Assembly: GCA_049585795.1 (NCBI GenBank)
Contig: JBAVAQ010000023.1
Coordinates: 45,915 to 109,914 of the forward strand
From: Terriglobales bacterium
Lineage (GTDB): Bacteria; Acidobacteriota; Terriglobia; Terriglobales; Acidobacteriaceae
Length of the DNA: 64,000 nucleotides
Direction: 5' to 3'
The translations under genes and the position numbers were made by a program. The notes beneath the pieces were generated by a model that did no database searches, was not told the DNA's origin, and was given only the letters and a program-made list of their open reading frames with translations. This document shows positions 1-8,218 of the stretch, piece after piece; positions within the stretch are counted from its first letter, which is position 1, and each line of letters opens with the position of its first letter.

Positions 1-72
1 GAAATAGTCGCATACGAACCTTCGCAAATCAAAGTTCCGTGACTTTGGCTCACTCAGAAATCAGCCCAGTGC

Positions 73-1782
73 TTGGAAAATCTGATGCCGACATTGCTGT
101 ATTTCCTTCTCGGAGGGGCGCTGGTCAGCTGTATGCTGTTTGTTGTGACAGAGCGCCAATTTTTGGAAGCTCTGTGCAACAACTGGCGATGGCTCGGCCT
201 GATTCTTTTGGTAACACTCCTGTGGCGGCTTCCTTTCGATGGGCATTGGTTTTTCGGTTTGGAATACGAGGATTCGTACATCTACTCGGTGTCGGCACGT
301 TATGTTAATTCAGGCACCATCATGTGCTCACCCGGCAACTCCTGCTATTTGACGACGGTGTGTGCCGTCGGAAACCAGAATTCCTGTAGACTCAGCGAAA
401 CATCTTCAGGGCATTTTCTTGGCTACCCGCTCGTGATCGCGATTGCCTCGCGAGTGTTTGGTTATAGCCCTGCAATGGCCGCCCGCCTGAGCTTGACAGC
501 ATCGATGGCAACGGTGGTTCTTATATTTCTTTCCGGCAAGCTGATCGGTGGGGAGACTGCGGGACTCGCGGCTTCCGTCATTTTTGGCCTCACTCCCGTA
601 TTCGCGGTTCAAGGCGTCGGCGCATACGCCGAGCCCGTTTCAAACATGCTTGTGGTTGCGTGCTTTCTTCTCTGCGTTCGCCTGGTCAACTCAGACGCAG
701 ACTCCACACGGGCCCTACTCGTGAATTGGCTGGCGCTAACCTTTACCGCTGTCCTTGCCGTTGCCGTGAAGAGAGAAAATGTGCTCCTCGTACCCGTGAT
801 TACTCTGACCGGCTTGATGTTCAACGTGGATACAAGAAATCGCGCGCAAGGGAAGCGATGGCTCGTAAATCTGGCGGCGCTCTTGAGCGGCGGCATCTGC
901 ATCGTGTTTGCGGTGGTTCAGCTTCGTATCGTGACCGTCGTCCGGAGGGAGATGTTGGAATATGCGGTCTTCCCATTCAACGCCGCAGTCCTGCGGACGA
1001 TGTTGCCCTTGTTCCTGAAATCGTATTCCTCCGTCAGTTGGTATCTCGGCGGAGGCATATTGGTTCTCCTCGGGTTGATTGCGTCGATGCGAGCAAAGAG
1101 ACGCGGCGTCTACGCGGTCGGCGCGCTCATTGCCTATCTCTTGCTCTACGCATCCCACGTTCGGAGCTACTACCAGTTGCAGAGCGGCGATGTAACGCAA
1201 TTCGACACGCTGCGATACTCAATGAATATTGCCGGACTGTGGTCGATACTCGCGGGCCTGGGGTTTGCATTTTCCGCTGAAACTCTGGCGAAATGGCGTT
1301 TTGGAGCGTGGCTTCGACGGCGGCCCGGACGGGTTATCCTCTGGCTCTTTGTCGGAGCGTATATCGTGAGCAGTTGGGTGCTCATGAACCGGTGGAAGGA
1401 GGATATGGTTTCTACCGAACTTGCAGTCCGAATTGAGCCCGCTGAGGCTGCCTTGGAACAGGTCGATGATCTCGGCGCTAAGAATACGTTTGTGATCACG
1501 CTCGAACCGCTTTTGGTACAGATGTTTTGCCGAGAGCCGGTGAACGTGATTGCATTCCCGTACCTAAGCGGCTCTTTAGTGCAAGATGTGCGGCGGAGCA
1601 GCCCCGATGCCACATTCCTGTATGTTGAGCAAGCAATTTACCGTTCAGAAACCGACCGCGAGCGATACCGGGCGGCTTTCGATTTTCTCGATGGCTTACA
1701 GAAAGAGCGATTGTCTGGCGGCAAGAACTACGCAATCTATCGTATCAATATGCCTGAGGGTGCGCAGGTTGAGCAGCATTGA
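73..1782 (+). CDS. Polytopic membrane protein, GT-C-fold (PMT_2/ArnT-like) glycosyltransferase candidate
   Basis: 569-aa ORF. Many hydrophobic helices in the first ~430 aa, an acidic first-loop motif GLEYEDSY as in GT-C enzymes, and a soluble C-terminal ~130 aa. Convergent with hxsC. Confidence 0.45.
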   Translation: MENLMPTLLYFLLGGALVSCMLFVVTERQFLEALCNNWRWLGLILLVTLLWRLPFDGHWFFGLEYEDSYIYSVSARYVNSGTIMCSPGNSCYLTTVCAVGNQNSCRLSETSSGHFLGYPLVIAIASRVFGYSPAMAARLSLTASMATVVLIFLSGKLIGGETAGLAASVIFGLTPVFAVQGVGAYAEPVSNMLVVACFLLCVRLVNSDADSTRALLVNWLALTFTAVLAVAVKRENVLLVPVITLTGLMFNVDTRNRAQGKRWLVNLAALLSGGICIVFAVVQLRIVTVVRREMLEYAVFPFNAAVLRTMLPLFLKSYSSVSWYLGGGILVLLGLIASMRAKRRGVYAVGALIAYLLLYASHVRSYYQLQSGDVTQFDTLRYSMNIAGLWSILAGLGFAFSAETLAKWRFGAWLRRRPGRVILWLFVGAYIVSSWVLMNRWKEDMVSTELAVRIEPAEAALEQVDDLGAKNTFVITLEPLLVQMFCREPVNVIAFPYLSGSLVQDVRRSSPDATFLYVEQAIYRSETDRERYRAAFDFLDGLQKERLSGGKNYAIYRINMPEGAQVEQH

Positions 1783-1810
1783 GGGTCGATCCAGGCGTAA
1801 CGCCGATCCT

Positions 1811-2971
1811 TTAGATAGCGGATGTCGCAATCGGCTGAATGCCACGACTCTGCACTTTCGTGTTCCAGTGGAAAAACCCGCCACACTGTTCTTTGACGGC
1901 ACAGTCGTGACAGACCTCCGCGTAGGCGTTTTTCCAATCGGAGATGGATTGCTTGGAATACTTCCAGAGCGATCGCTTCAAGAGACACAACTGAAGATTG
2001 TAGATGCGGGCGTCTATGCCGAATCTCGCAAGAACGTCCACGCTGCTTTCCAGTTGCTCTTGATAATCCACCGGATCGATCCACAGCTCGCTCATGTTCC
2101 GGGGAGCGTAGCCGATGTGTTCCATTCCCATGAAAGCCACATGATCGACAAAAGTGAGATTCCTGCAAATGTACTCCGCCAAGTGGGTTAGGCGCGGGAT
2201 TGTCAATGCGTGCAGTACGACACGGATTTCGATCTCGACGCCACGTCTCGCGAGTTGATGCAAGCCCAAGATGGTTTGGTCGAAGGCGTCCCGCGCCTGA
2301 ACGACGTAATCGTGCAGCGCCGCATCATCGGCATAGAGAGGAATCCCTACGCTCAGATTCGGATGGCTAATTGCGGCGAACCGAGAAGCGAAATCAGCCC
2401 AGGCGAAACGGCGACCGTTCGTAAGCATGTGGACATAGGTCTCCGGCATAGCGTCCCGCAGCTTCGCGACGATGGTCAGGAGGCGCTCTTCCAAGAGGGT
2501 TGGTTCTCCGCCGGTTATGCAAAGGTATTCAGGCGCCGGGGCCATCAGGTCAATGAGTTTAAGGTTGCGCTCCGTGAGCGCGGTGATATCGTCCCTGTCG
2601 ATTGGAGGCTGTGAACACATCAAGCAATTACTGTTGCACCGCTCCGTGGCAAACAGCGTGTTGTGGCGGGATTCGGGACGGTACAGGGTGCGGATAAATC
2701 CGTTCGCCGGTTCGAGGGCGACAACGTGACCCGAGATGAGATGGTCGATATCGCGAACTGAATGCAGGAGCGGTGCGGAGAATGGTCGGCCGTTGACTTC
2801 CTGTTTGACGATGACGGCCGCATATCCGCGAACGTCGTCCGCACGTCCGTCGAGCGACGGCAACACCAGCGCGGCGTCCTTTCTTTCGGAGGCGGGAATC
2901 GGCTCCGTCGTGATGCGCGCAACAATCGGTTTCCGGAAACCGCGTGCGCTGCCTGCCGTGTGCAGTCTCAT
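1811..2971 (-). CDS. hxsC: His-Xaa-Ser system radical SAM maturase HxsC
   Basis: CNSNCLMC (CxxxCxxC) radical-SAM motif and C-terminal CHDCAVKEQC. The start is set at the internal ATG at 2971, which forms an ATGA overlap with the hxsB stop; the track ORF extends to 3223. Last gene of the hxsADBC order. Confidence 0.8.
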   Translation of the reverse strand: MRLHTAGSARGFRKPIVARITTEPIPASERKDAALVLPSLDGRADDVRGYAAVIVKQEVNGRPFSAPLLHSVRDIDHLISGHVVALEPANGFIRTLYRPESRHNTLFATERCNSNCLMCSQPPIDRDDITALTERNLKLIDLMAPAPEYLCITGGEPTLLEERLLTIVAKLRDAMPETYVHMLTNGRRFAWADFASRFAAISHPNLSVGIPLYADDAALHDYVVQARDAFDQTILGLHQLARRGVEIEIRVVLHALTIPRLTHLAEYICRNLTFVDHVAFMGMEHIGYAPRNMSELWIDPVDYQEQLESSVDVLARFGIDARIYNLQLCLLKRSLWKYSKQSISDWKNAYAEVCHDCAVKEQCGGFFHWNTKVQSRGIQPIATSAI

Positions 2972-4467
2972 TGGGGAAGCCCAGCTCGAAGTTCGGCAAG
3001 ATTTCGGTCGGTCACCCATGCCCACAGGATGTCCTGAACGTCGCGATCTCCACCATGCAAGAGTGACATGAGGTGTTCGATGACGCGCATATTCCGCTTG
3101 CAAAAACCGCTCGTTGCTCGGTGGCCGAACGCGTCGCGCTGCGTGGCGTGATGATAGACCGGATCGGCTCCGCAGAACGGCTGGAAGGCGCAGTCTGAGC
3201 ACCCCGGCAATGACTGGTTGCACGCCGCCTGGAGGAGACTCACGAATGCGGGGTCCGTGAATATCTGGTCCCGCGAGTGCGTAAGCACGTTGCCCAGCCT
3301 GAAGGTAAAATCTCCCATTTCCGCGAGCATCCGGGATTCGTCCGTCGCGTACACGTCTCCGTCGTAGTTGTAGACAAGCACGTTCAACCCCGCACCGGAC
3401 GGGGACTGGAGATCGACATAGCCGGTTCCGTCGGGCGTAAGGATTTTCTGGAGTAGGATCTTCGTGTAAATCTCGACGAGGTTGTAGCCCCTCTTATTCA
3501 ATTCAAGAATGTGACGAAGACCCGTCCGGTAAAATTCCAGGAACGCATCCATCTGGTAACCGGTCCGGTGACTGCTTTTGATCGCAAATCCGTATGGGCT
3601 GATCGGCCTCAGGAAAATCGTGTGGAATGACTGTCGCACGTATTCATCGATGATCTCGTTAGGATACTGAAGCGAGAGCTGCGTGGTCGTCATCAGAGCA
3701 GCGACCTGGTCAGCACCTAACGCGCGACGAGCCCGCTTTATCCCGTCGATGGCGGCTCGATAACTGTCACCTTCCGGTCGCGGGCGATTTGCATTGTGGA
3801 TGAACTCCGGCCCATCAAGCGATGTCGAAAGCTTGATCCGCTCAATTCTGCAGTAGTCAAGGATGTCGCCTGTCAAGAACGCCAAATTTGAAGTGATGAC
3901 GATATCTAGCTCCTTATTGAGCCTGGCAGCACCCGGCTTCGCGATTGAAACGATGTACTTGATCGTGTCGAATGCCAACAGCGGCTCTCCTCCCTGTAGT
4001 TCGAGCGTGAGGTGCGGGGAGGGAGATTGCAGCATCATATCGACCGCTGCGGCGGCCACATCCTGCGGCATATCGAATTCGCCTTTGTTGACCGTCTGGC
4101 GCGACACTTGGCAGTAGTGGCAGGAATGATCGCAACGCAGCGTCACGACGAAAATGTGCAACTTGGTCGATCCGTGTATGAACTCGAATTTGGTTCGGTA
4201 CTTTGACGCCAGAACATCGAGAAGAGGCGAGGAGTAATCATCATAGAGGAAATGTTTCGCCTTGAGGGTGGGGTATATGTCGTCGGCGGGTCCCAACGCT
4301 CGTCTCACGATTTTCTCGGCGGTGCCGCGAGGCGCGAGCAGGAATTCCCCGCATTCGTTGACGAGGATTTCAGTCTGCTTGTTGAGACGATGAAACCGGA
4401 ACGGCAGAAGGCGATAGCTGCCGTTGGAAGACGTGAAATCCGTTATGGGTGAGAACGACCGCGCCAC
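2968..4467 (-). CDS. hxsB: His-Xaa-Ser system radical SAM maturase HxsB (SPASM-type C-terminus)
   Basis: 499 aa with CDHSCHYC radical-SAM motif, GGEPLL, and C-terminal Cys cluster CNQSLPGCSDCAFQPFCG. Sits between hxsD and hxsC. Confidence 0.8.
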   Translation of the reverse strand: MARSFSPITDFTSSNGSYRLLPFRFHRLNKQTEILVNECGEFLLAPRGTAEKIVRRALGPADDIYPTLKAKHFLYDDYSSPLLDVLASKYRTKFEFIHGSTKLHIFVVTLRCDHSCHYCQVSRQTVNKGEFDMPQDVAAAAVDMMLQSPSPHLTLELQGGEPLLAFDTIKYIVSIAKPGAARLNKELDIVITSNLAFLTGDILDYCRIERIKLSTSLDGPEFIHNANRPRPEGDSYRAAIDGIKRARRALGADQVAALMTTTQLSLQYPNEIIDEYVRQSFHTIFLRPISPYGFAIKSSHRTGYQMDAFLEFYRTGLRHILELNKRGYNLVEIYTKILLQKILTPDGTGYVDLQSPSGAGLNVLVYNYDGDVYATDESRMLAEMGDFTFRLGNVLTHSRDQIFTDPAFVSLLQAACNQSLPGCSDCAFQPFCGADPVYHHATQRDAFGHRATSGFCKRNMRVIEHLMSLLHGGDRDVQDILWAWVTDRNLAELRAGLPQ

Positions 4468-4481
4468 TGCTCCTGTCTCCC

Positions 4482-4925
4482 CTATTCACCGGACTTAGTA
4501 GAAATACTGATCAAATCCCCAGGTTTTGCGCCGCTCCGCTCAACCGGGTCCTCGAAAGTTCCCGGCGGTGGGTCTTCCAATACCCCGGATTCGGCGAACG
4601 CCTTTGCAATAATCAGTTCGCGTACCCCGGCAGTTTCGGCTTGAATCTCCACGCGAAGTTGCGAGTCAAGCAGGGCGTCGTAAAGGTCGGGCAGCCATTC
4701 GTCGATCTTTCTGACGTTCGGTTGGTCAAGCGTCGGGGAAGACACGCGCAGCCCAACAGTCACTGCCAGTGACTCGTCCGTCTCGCTAAGATGAAAATAC
4801 AGGTCCTTGCCAAACCAATAGCACGCTCGGAGAACGGCGGGTTTTGAATAGACCTTCTTGTCGATCGAAATGGTCGCGGCGGTGTGCTGATCGTTAAACT
4901 CGACGGGGCCGAATCGTTCACTCAT
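4482..4925 (-). CDS. hxsD: His-Xaa-Ser system protein HxsD
   Basis: 147 aa. Contains LLDSQLRVE, matching the LLNDYxLRE family signature. ATGA start/stop overlap with hxsA at 4922-4925. Confidence 0.7.
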   Translation of the reverse strand: MSERFGPVEFNDQHTAATISIDKKVYSKPAVLRACYWFGKDLYFHLSETDESLAVTVGLRVSSPTLDQPNVRKIDEWLPDLYDALLDSQLRVEIQAETAGVRELIIAKAFAESGVLEDPPPGTFEDPVERSGAKPGDLISISTKSGE

Positions 4926-5260
4926 ATCGCCCGAGAAGCGTGCGAAGAATGGGATGAATGCGAGGAATGCGAAGCGTGGGAAGCATGGGATGCGTGCGAT
5001 GCGTGGGAAGCGTGCGAAGAATGGGACGAGTGCTGCGCGATCATTTTCAGCCCCTTCATCGTCTTTCTGAGCACAAGTTTCGATGGCAACCGATGATCAC
5101 TACCGGGCTGGACCACCCGAGAGGTGCTTTCCGAAGGGACTGGAAGCGTTGGGGAAGCCACTAACGGAGAAGAATTGCTGAACGCAACGGTGCCGCCCAG
5201 CAGGAGCGCCAGCTTCGTCGAGATTCGTCGGAAAAACGCTCTTAACGTTTGCTCATCCAT
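4922..5260 (-). CDS. hxsA: His-Xaa-Ser repeat precursor protein HxsA
   Basis: 112 aa. N-terminal RR + hydrophobic leader (FFRRISTKLALLLGGTVAF). The C-terminus is 11 uninterrupted H-x-S triplets (HSS HSS HASx5 HSSx3 HAS) followed by RAI-stop. Confidence 0.85.
   Translation of the reverse strand: MDEQTLRAFFRRISTKLALLLGGTVAFSNSSPLVASPTLPVPSESTSRVVQPGSDHRLPSKLVLRKTMKGLKMIAQHSSHSSHASHASHASHASHASHSSHSSHSSHASRAI
4934..5032 (-). repeat. 99-bp tandem repeat with 9-bp (3-codon) periodicity, encoding the His-Xaa-Ser core
   Basis: Units on the + strand such as gcgtgggaa/gcatgggat/gcgtgcgat repeat head to tail. A mirror ORF on the + strand reads CEEWDECEECEAWEAW. Confidence 0.85.
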
Positions 5261-5282
5261 ATATCACCCCGAATGGCCAAAT

Positions 5283-5312
5283 ATTACATCGCCTGAAGGT
5301 CCTTCACGTCAA
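5283..5312 (-). promoter_or_regulatory. Possible sigma70-like promoter for hxsA
   Basis: On the minus strand, TTGACG, an 18-nt spacer, then TGTAAT. Located 23 nt upstream of the hxsA ATG, with a GGGGTG SD-like element in between. Confidence 0.25.
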
Positions 5313-5343
5313 GTATCAGGCATATTATTGCCTAGAGTATCAT

Positions 5344-5592
5344 CTAGTGCGGCTTATGGACTCCGTATCGATTATTGGTCCTCGGATTAACATAGTGCCC
5401 GCCCTTGTGATGAGCGTTTACTTCACCAGCGTACCGTCCGCCGTGTGATGTTGTGTGATGCGATCCACTATAGCGGGGGCGGGCAACTGCACTGCTGGTA
5501 TGACCAGATGAGGTAGAGTGACTTACGCGCTGCCCGAATGTCGGAGCGCCGAGCAGCAACAAAACCAACGTGAACTGAAGTAGCTTTTTCAA
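5344..5592 (-). CDS. Small secreted His/Ser/Thr/Gly-rich protein
   Basis: 82 aa. Sec signal MKKLLQFTLVLLLLGAPTFG. The mature part has SHSTSSGHTSS, GSHHTTSHGG and HHKGGHYVNPRTNNRYGVHKPH. Directly upstream of hxsA on the same strand. Confidence 0.55.
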   Translation of the reverse strand: MKKLLQFTLVLLLLGAPTFGQRVSHSTSSGHTSSAVARPRYSGSHHTTSHGGRYAGEVNAHHKGGHYVNPRTNNRYGVHKPH

Positions 5593-5881
5593 GTCATCCC
5601 TCCAACCCAGTGAGAGTCTGACCTAGTGATGTGAGTGCGGGGCACCTGCCCCTTTTGCGAGAAAATCTTAGTTCTCCGCTGATCTGTGTTCAATGGCACG
5701 TTGGTGCCAAGAACGCGGGAGACGATTTTATCAGTTCTGGGGCTAGAGCTACACAGGCAGGAGGTAAGGTCCGCCTTCCGAAAAGCATTTGATTTCTTAT
5801 TTTACAAGAGGGCAGAGTCGGCCTCACCAGGCGACGGAACGGCCGGACGATGTGAAATGTTTTTGCTCCGATGGGTCAGTT

Positions 5882-7351
5882 CTAGACCAACCGAAGTCTT
5901 CCGAGAAGTTTGACTAGGGCCAGCGTGTCCTGCCCGCAGTAATCCAGCAGCGCCTTCGTGATCCTTTCCCGCTGAGTCTGATCCAAGCCGCCCCGTATGA
6001 GCGACTCCCAGGCCAGCCCTGCGTCCGTGCCGTCCGCGACCTGCATGCCCGCGTAGGTCATATCGGGCACCAGCGCAGGCAGGACGTACTTCAGCGAGAA
6101 CGATCCGGCAAAGCGTGGATGGTACACGTGGTCGCGGATCACGGGCAGCAAGTCCCACAGCCGCCGCTGGATTCTCTTGATGCGCCCCGCGAACTCGGGC
6201 AGCCAAGCCGCAAGCTCCGAAAATCGCTGCGACTCGAAGGAGCTGTAGACCAAGATGCTTCCGCTCTCGCCGAGGACGGAGCACAGCGAAGCGATGAACT
6301 CATGTCGGGGATCGCTTTTGTCGTTGGCTAAGAATTCATGGTGTTCGGGTTCCGCTCCAGGTTCCCTCAGCACGTGAATCGACCACTGAAAAGGAATCTG
6401 GTCGTAGGGCCGCATGCCTGGAAAGCGCGGAATCGCGGGGTTTACCGTCTCGAAATCCATAAAGAGAAGCGGGTATTTCAGCCCGCTCAACTCCCTCTTT
6501 AGTTCTGCGCTGAACCAAGGCTCTCCGGTCTGCACGCTCGCGCACGCACGCCGCTGGCGCTCGTTCAGCGGGAAGTCGTCCGGGATGTCGCGGATGGACT
6601 CGACGCCCATCTCCTCTAATTCTTCCATCGCGCTCGCCTGGATTCTGGGCAGGTAGCCGACGTGGTCGTCAGGGCGCGGGGCATTGCAGCGGTCGAAGAA
6701 CTCGCAGGTGACGGGCGCGGTGCAATGGCGTCCCGTAGGTAGGTCCGGCGCTTTCAGCATGTTGAGAACGGTGAACTCCGCACGCAGCTGGAACGTGAGC
6801 TTGGGCTGCAATTTCTTAACTCGCCTGGTCAGGTTTCGGATGCGGAAGAACTGTCGCACGTCGATGGGGCCGCCCTGAAAGACGTAGTTCCGGTTGACGT
6901 GCATCAGGCACGACGCAGCCAAGTCCAGCCCGGACCGGGAGACGACGCGGGCCTGGATCGCCACGTCGTCGAGGTGGTGCTCCTTCAGGTCGGTCGTCGA
7001 CTTGACCTCCACCAGCCGCCATCGCCCGTCCCTGCGGCGCTGCAACATGTCCGTCCGCACGAGCACGCCGCCGTTCTCGAACGTGCCCTCGAAGATCGCG
7101 GGGACCTCAGGGTTCGCCACCAACTCGCGGGTTATGCGGATCGCCTCGTCCAGGCCAGCGGAACCGCCAACCTCCACGCCGCCGGGGAACATCTGGCGGG
7201 CGAGCAGTCCGACCTCTCGTCCCTGCTCAAAGATGGCTTCGCTAGCCGCGTCTGGTTCTCCCGCCAGTTCCGGCTCGTGTACCTGAAGGTAGAGGCGCTT
7301 GAGGCACTGCACGCCCGCGACGAATTTGGATTTGCTGATTCTGATGTTCAC
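5882..7351 (-). CDS. DUF2779 protein: Cas4/RecB-like PD-(D/E)xK nuclease domain + DnaQ-like domain
   Basis: 489 aa. N-terminal SKSKFVAGVQCLKRLYL with a distal CTAPVTCEFFDRC (4-Cys Fe-S pattern), then FMDFETVNPAIPRF...PYDQIPFQWSIH typical of DUF2779. The GTG start overlaps the upstream stop (GTGA). Confidence 0.7.
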   Translation of the reverse strand: MNIRISKSKFVAGVQCLKRLYLQVHEPELAGEPDAASEAIFEQGREVGLLARQMFPGGVEVGGSAGLDEAIRITRELVANPEVPAIFEGTFENGGVLVRTDMLQRRRDGRWRLVEVKSTTDLKEHHLDDVAIQARVVSRSGLDLAASCLMHVNRNYVFQGGPIDVRQFFRIRNLTRRVKKLQPKLTFQLRAEFTVLNMLKAPDLPTGRHCTAPVTCEFFDRCNAPRPDDHVGYLPRIQASAMEELEEMGVESIRDIPDDFPLNERQRRACASVQTGEPWFSAELKRELSGLKYPLLFMDFETVNPAIPRFPGMRPYDQIPFQWSIHVLREPGAEPEHHEFLANDKSDPRHEFIASLCSVLGESGSILVYSSFESQRFSELAAWLPEFAGRIKRIQRRLWDLLPVIRDHVYHPRFAGSFSLKYVLPALVPDMTYAGMQVADGTDAGLAWESLIRGGLDQTQRERITKALLDYCGQDTLALVKLLGRLRLV

Positions 7352-7716
7352 CGCAGCGCCTCATCTTCCATCTGTTTCACTATGCTCCTGAACCCTCGCA
7401 TTGCGGAAATCAGCTCGGACCGCTCTGCGTCCTCCCGCCAGTCAGAGGGCACGACAAATTTGTCGTAGTCGTACTCGACGCCCTTGTTCCTGTGGTCTTC
7501 GGCTTCGAAGAGATCGAATGTCACAGCGACATTCCGGCTTTTGACATCGCCGCTTTTGTCGAGATCGAGCGACGTGAGCACAAACACATTGAAATAGTCC
7601 ATCATGCCTCCGCCAAAGAAAGGTAGGGTGTCGTGCCTGCGGCCACAAGCGTGCGTACCTGTCCGCTCGCCTCTTGAACGAATCTCGTCTATGTCACCTT
7701 GTCTCACCCGAGACAA
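7348..7716 (-). CDS. Small acidic hypothetical protein
   Basis: The track ORF is 122 aa with a TTG start. The conserved-looking part probably starts at the ATGATG at 7605 (85 aa, MMDYFNVFVLTSLDLDK...). Its ends overlap both neighbouring genes. Confidence 0.4.
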   Translation of the reverse strand: MSRVRQGDIDEIRSRGERTGTHACGRRHDTLPFFGGGMMDYFNVFVLTSLDLDKSGDVKSRNVAVTFDLFEAEDHRNKGVEYDYDKFVVPSDWREDAERSELISAMRGFRSIVKQMEDEALR

Positions 7717-8183
7717 GGTCGCTTTCGCGTCGGGCTCTTTGTAAAGCTACTCCACGCGCATAGCAGAAGCAGCGGCGAGAACACCGCGAACGGGGCGACC
7801 GCGAAGTAGACCGCCGGGCTCTTGCTCACGGCGCGAAACGCGAGGTTGAACGCGACCTCTGCGACGATCGTGCCGAGGAAGCCGACCAGCGCCCACCCGC
7901 AGCCCGCGATCTGGACGCGCATGCCGCACGAGGCGGCGGTGCGGTTGCCTGGGGTCGTTGTCCGCAGGACGCGGCGGAGGCTCATGAAGAACGCGGTCCA
8001 GACGGCGGAGACGAAGGGGCCAGCCGCCATGCAGAAGAAAGCCAAAAAGCCAGGGTTGCTGCCAGCGCCGCCCGCGATAGCGAAGAGCGAGACGCTTACG
8101 AGGATCGCCGGGGCGAGAAGCAGGAAGCCTAGGATCGCCAGCTGCGTCAGGATGAACCGTCCGACCGCCCTCAGGAATTCCAT
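7704..8183 (-). CDS. Four-helix integral membrane protein
   Basis: Start set at the ATG at 8183 (MEFLRAVGRFILTQ), preceded by AGGAGGG 5 nt upstream. Four hydrophobic segments. Confidence 0.55.
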   Translation of the reverse strand: MEFLRAVGRFILTQLAILGFLLLAPAILVSVSLFAIAGGAGSNPGFLAFFCMAAGPFVSAVWTAFFMSLRRVLRTTTPGNRTAASCGMRVQIAGCGWALVGFLGTIVAEVAFNLAFRAVSKSPAVYFAVAPFAVFSPLLLLCAWSSFTKSPTRKRPCLG

Positions 8184-8218
8184 TTGTGCCCTCCTGTTTT
8201 GTCTAATCCCGGCGAAGG

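Noticed and set aside
1811-3223. Full 470-aa version of the hxsC ORF
   Set aside because: The first 84 codons overlap the hxsB coding end and are Arg-rich. The ATG at 2971 forms an ATGA junction with the hxsB stop, and the recognisable HxsC sequence starts there.
4884-5096. 70-aa + strand ORF with CEEWDECEECEAWEAWDACDAWEACEEWDECC repeats
   Set aside because: It is the antisense mirror of the hxsA His-Xaa-Ser repeat. It has no start context and lies inside a well-supported minus-strand gene.
5639-5656. GC hairpin GGGGC-ACCT-GCCCC followed by TTTT (+ strand terminator-like)
   Set aside because: No + strand gene lies upstream for it to terminate, the stem is only 5 bp, and it sits in the promoter region of the His-rich gene. 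It is noted here but not called.
5699-5725. Possible distal att repeat of the tRNA-Leu 3' end (ttggtgcc...gggag)
   Set aside because: Only about 8 contiguous nucleotides match the tRNA 3' end, which is too short to call an att site without a computed search.
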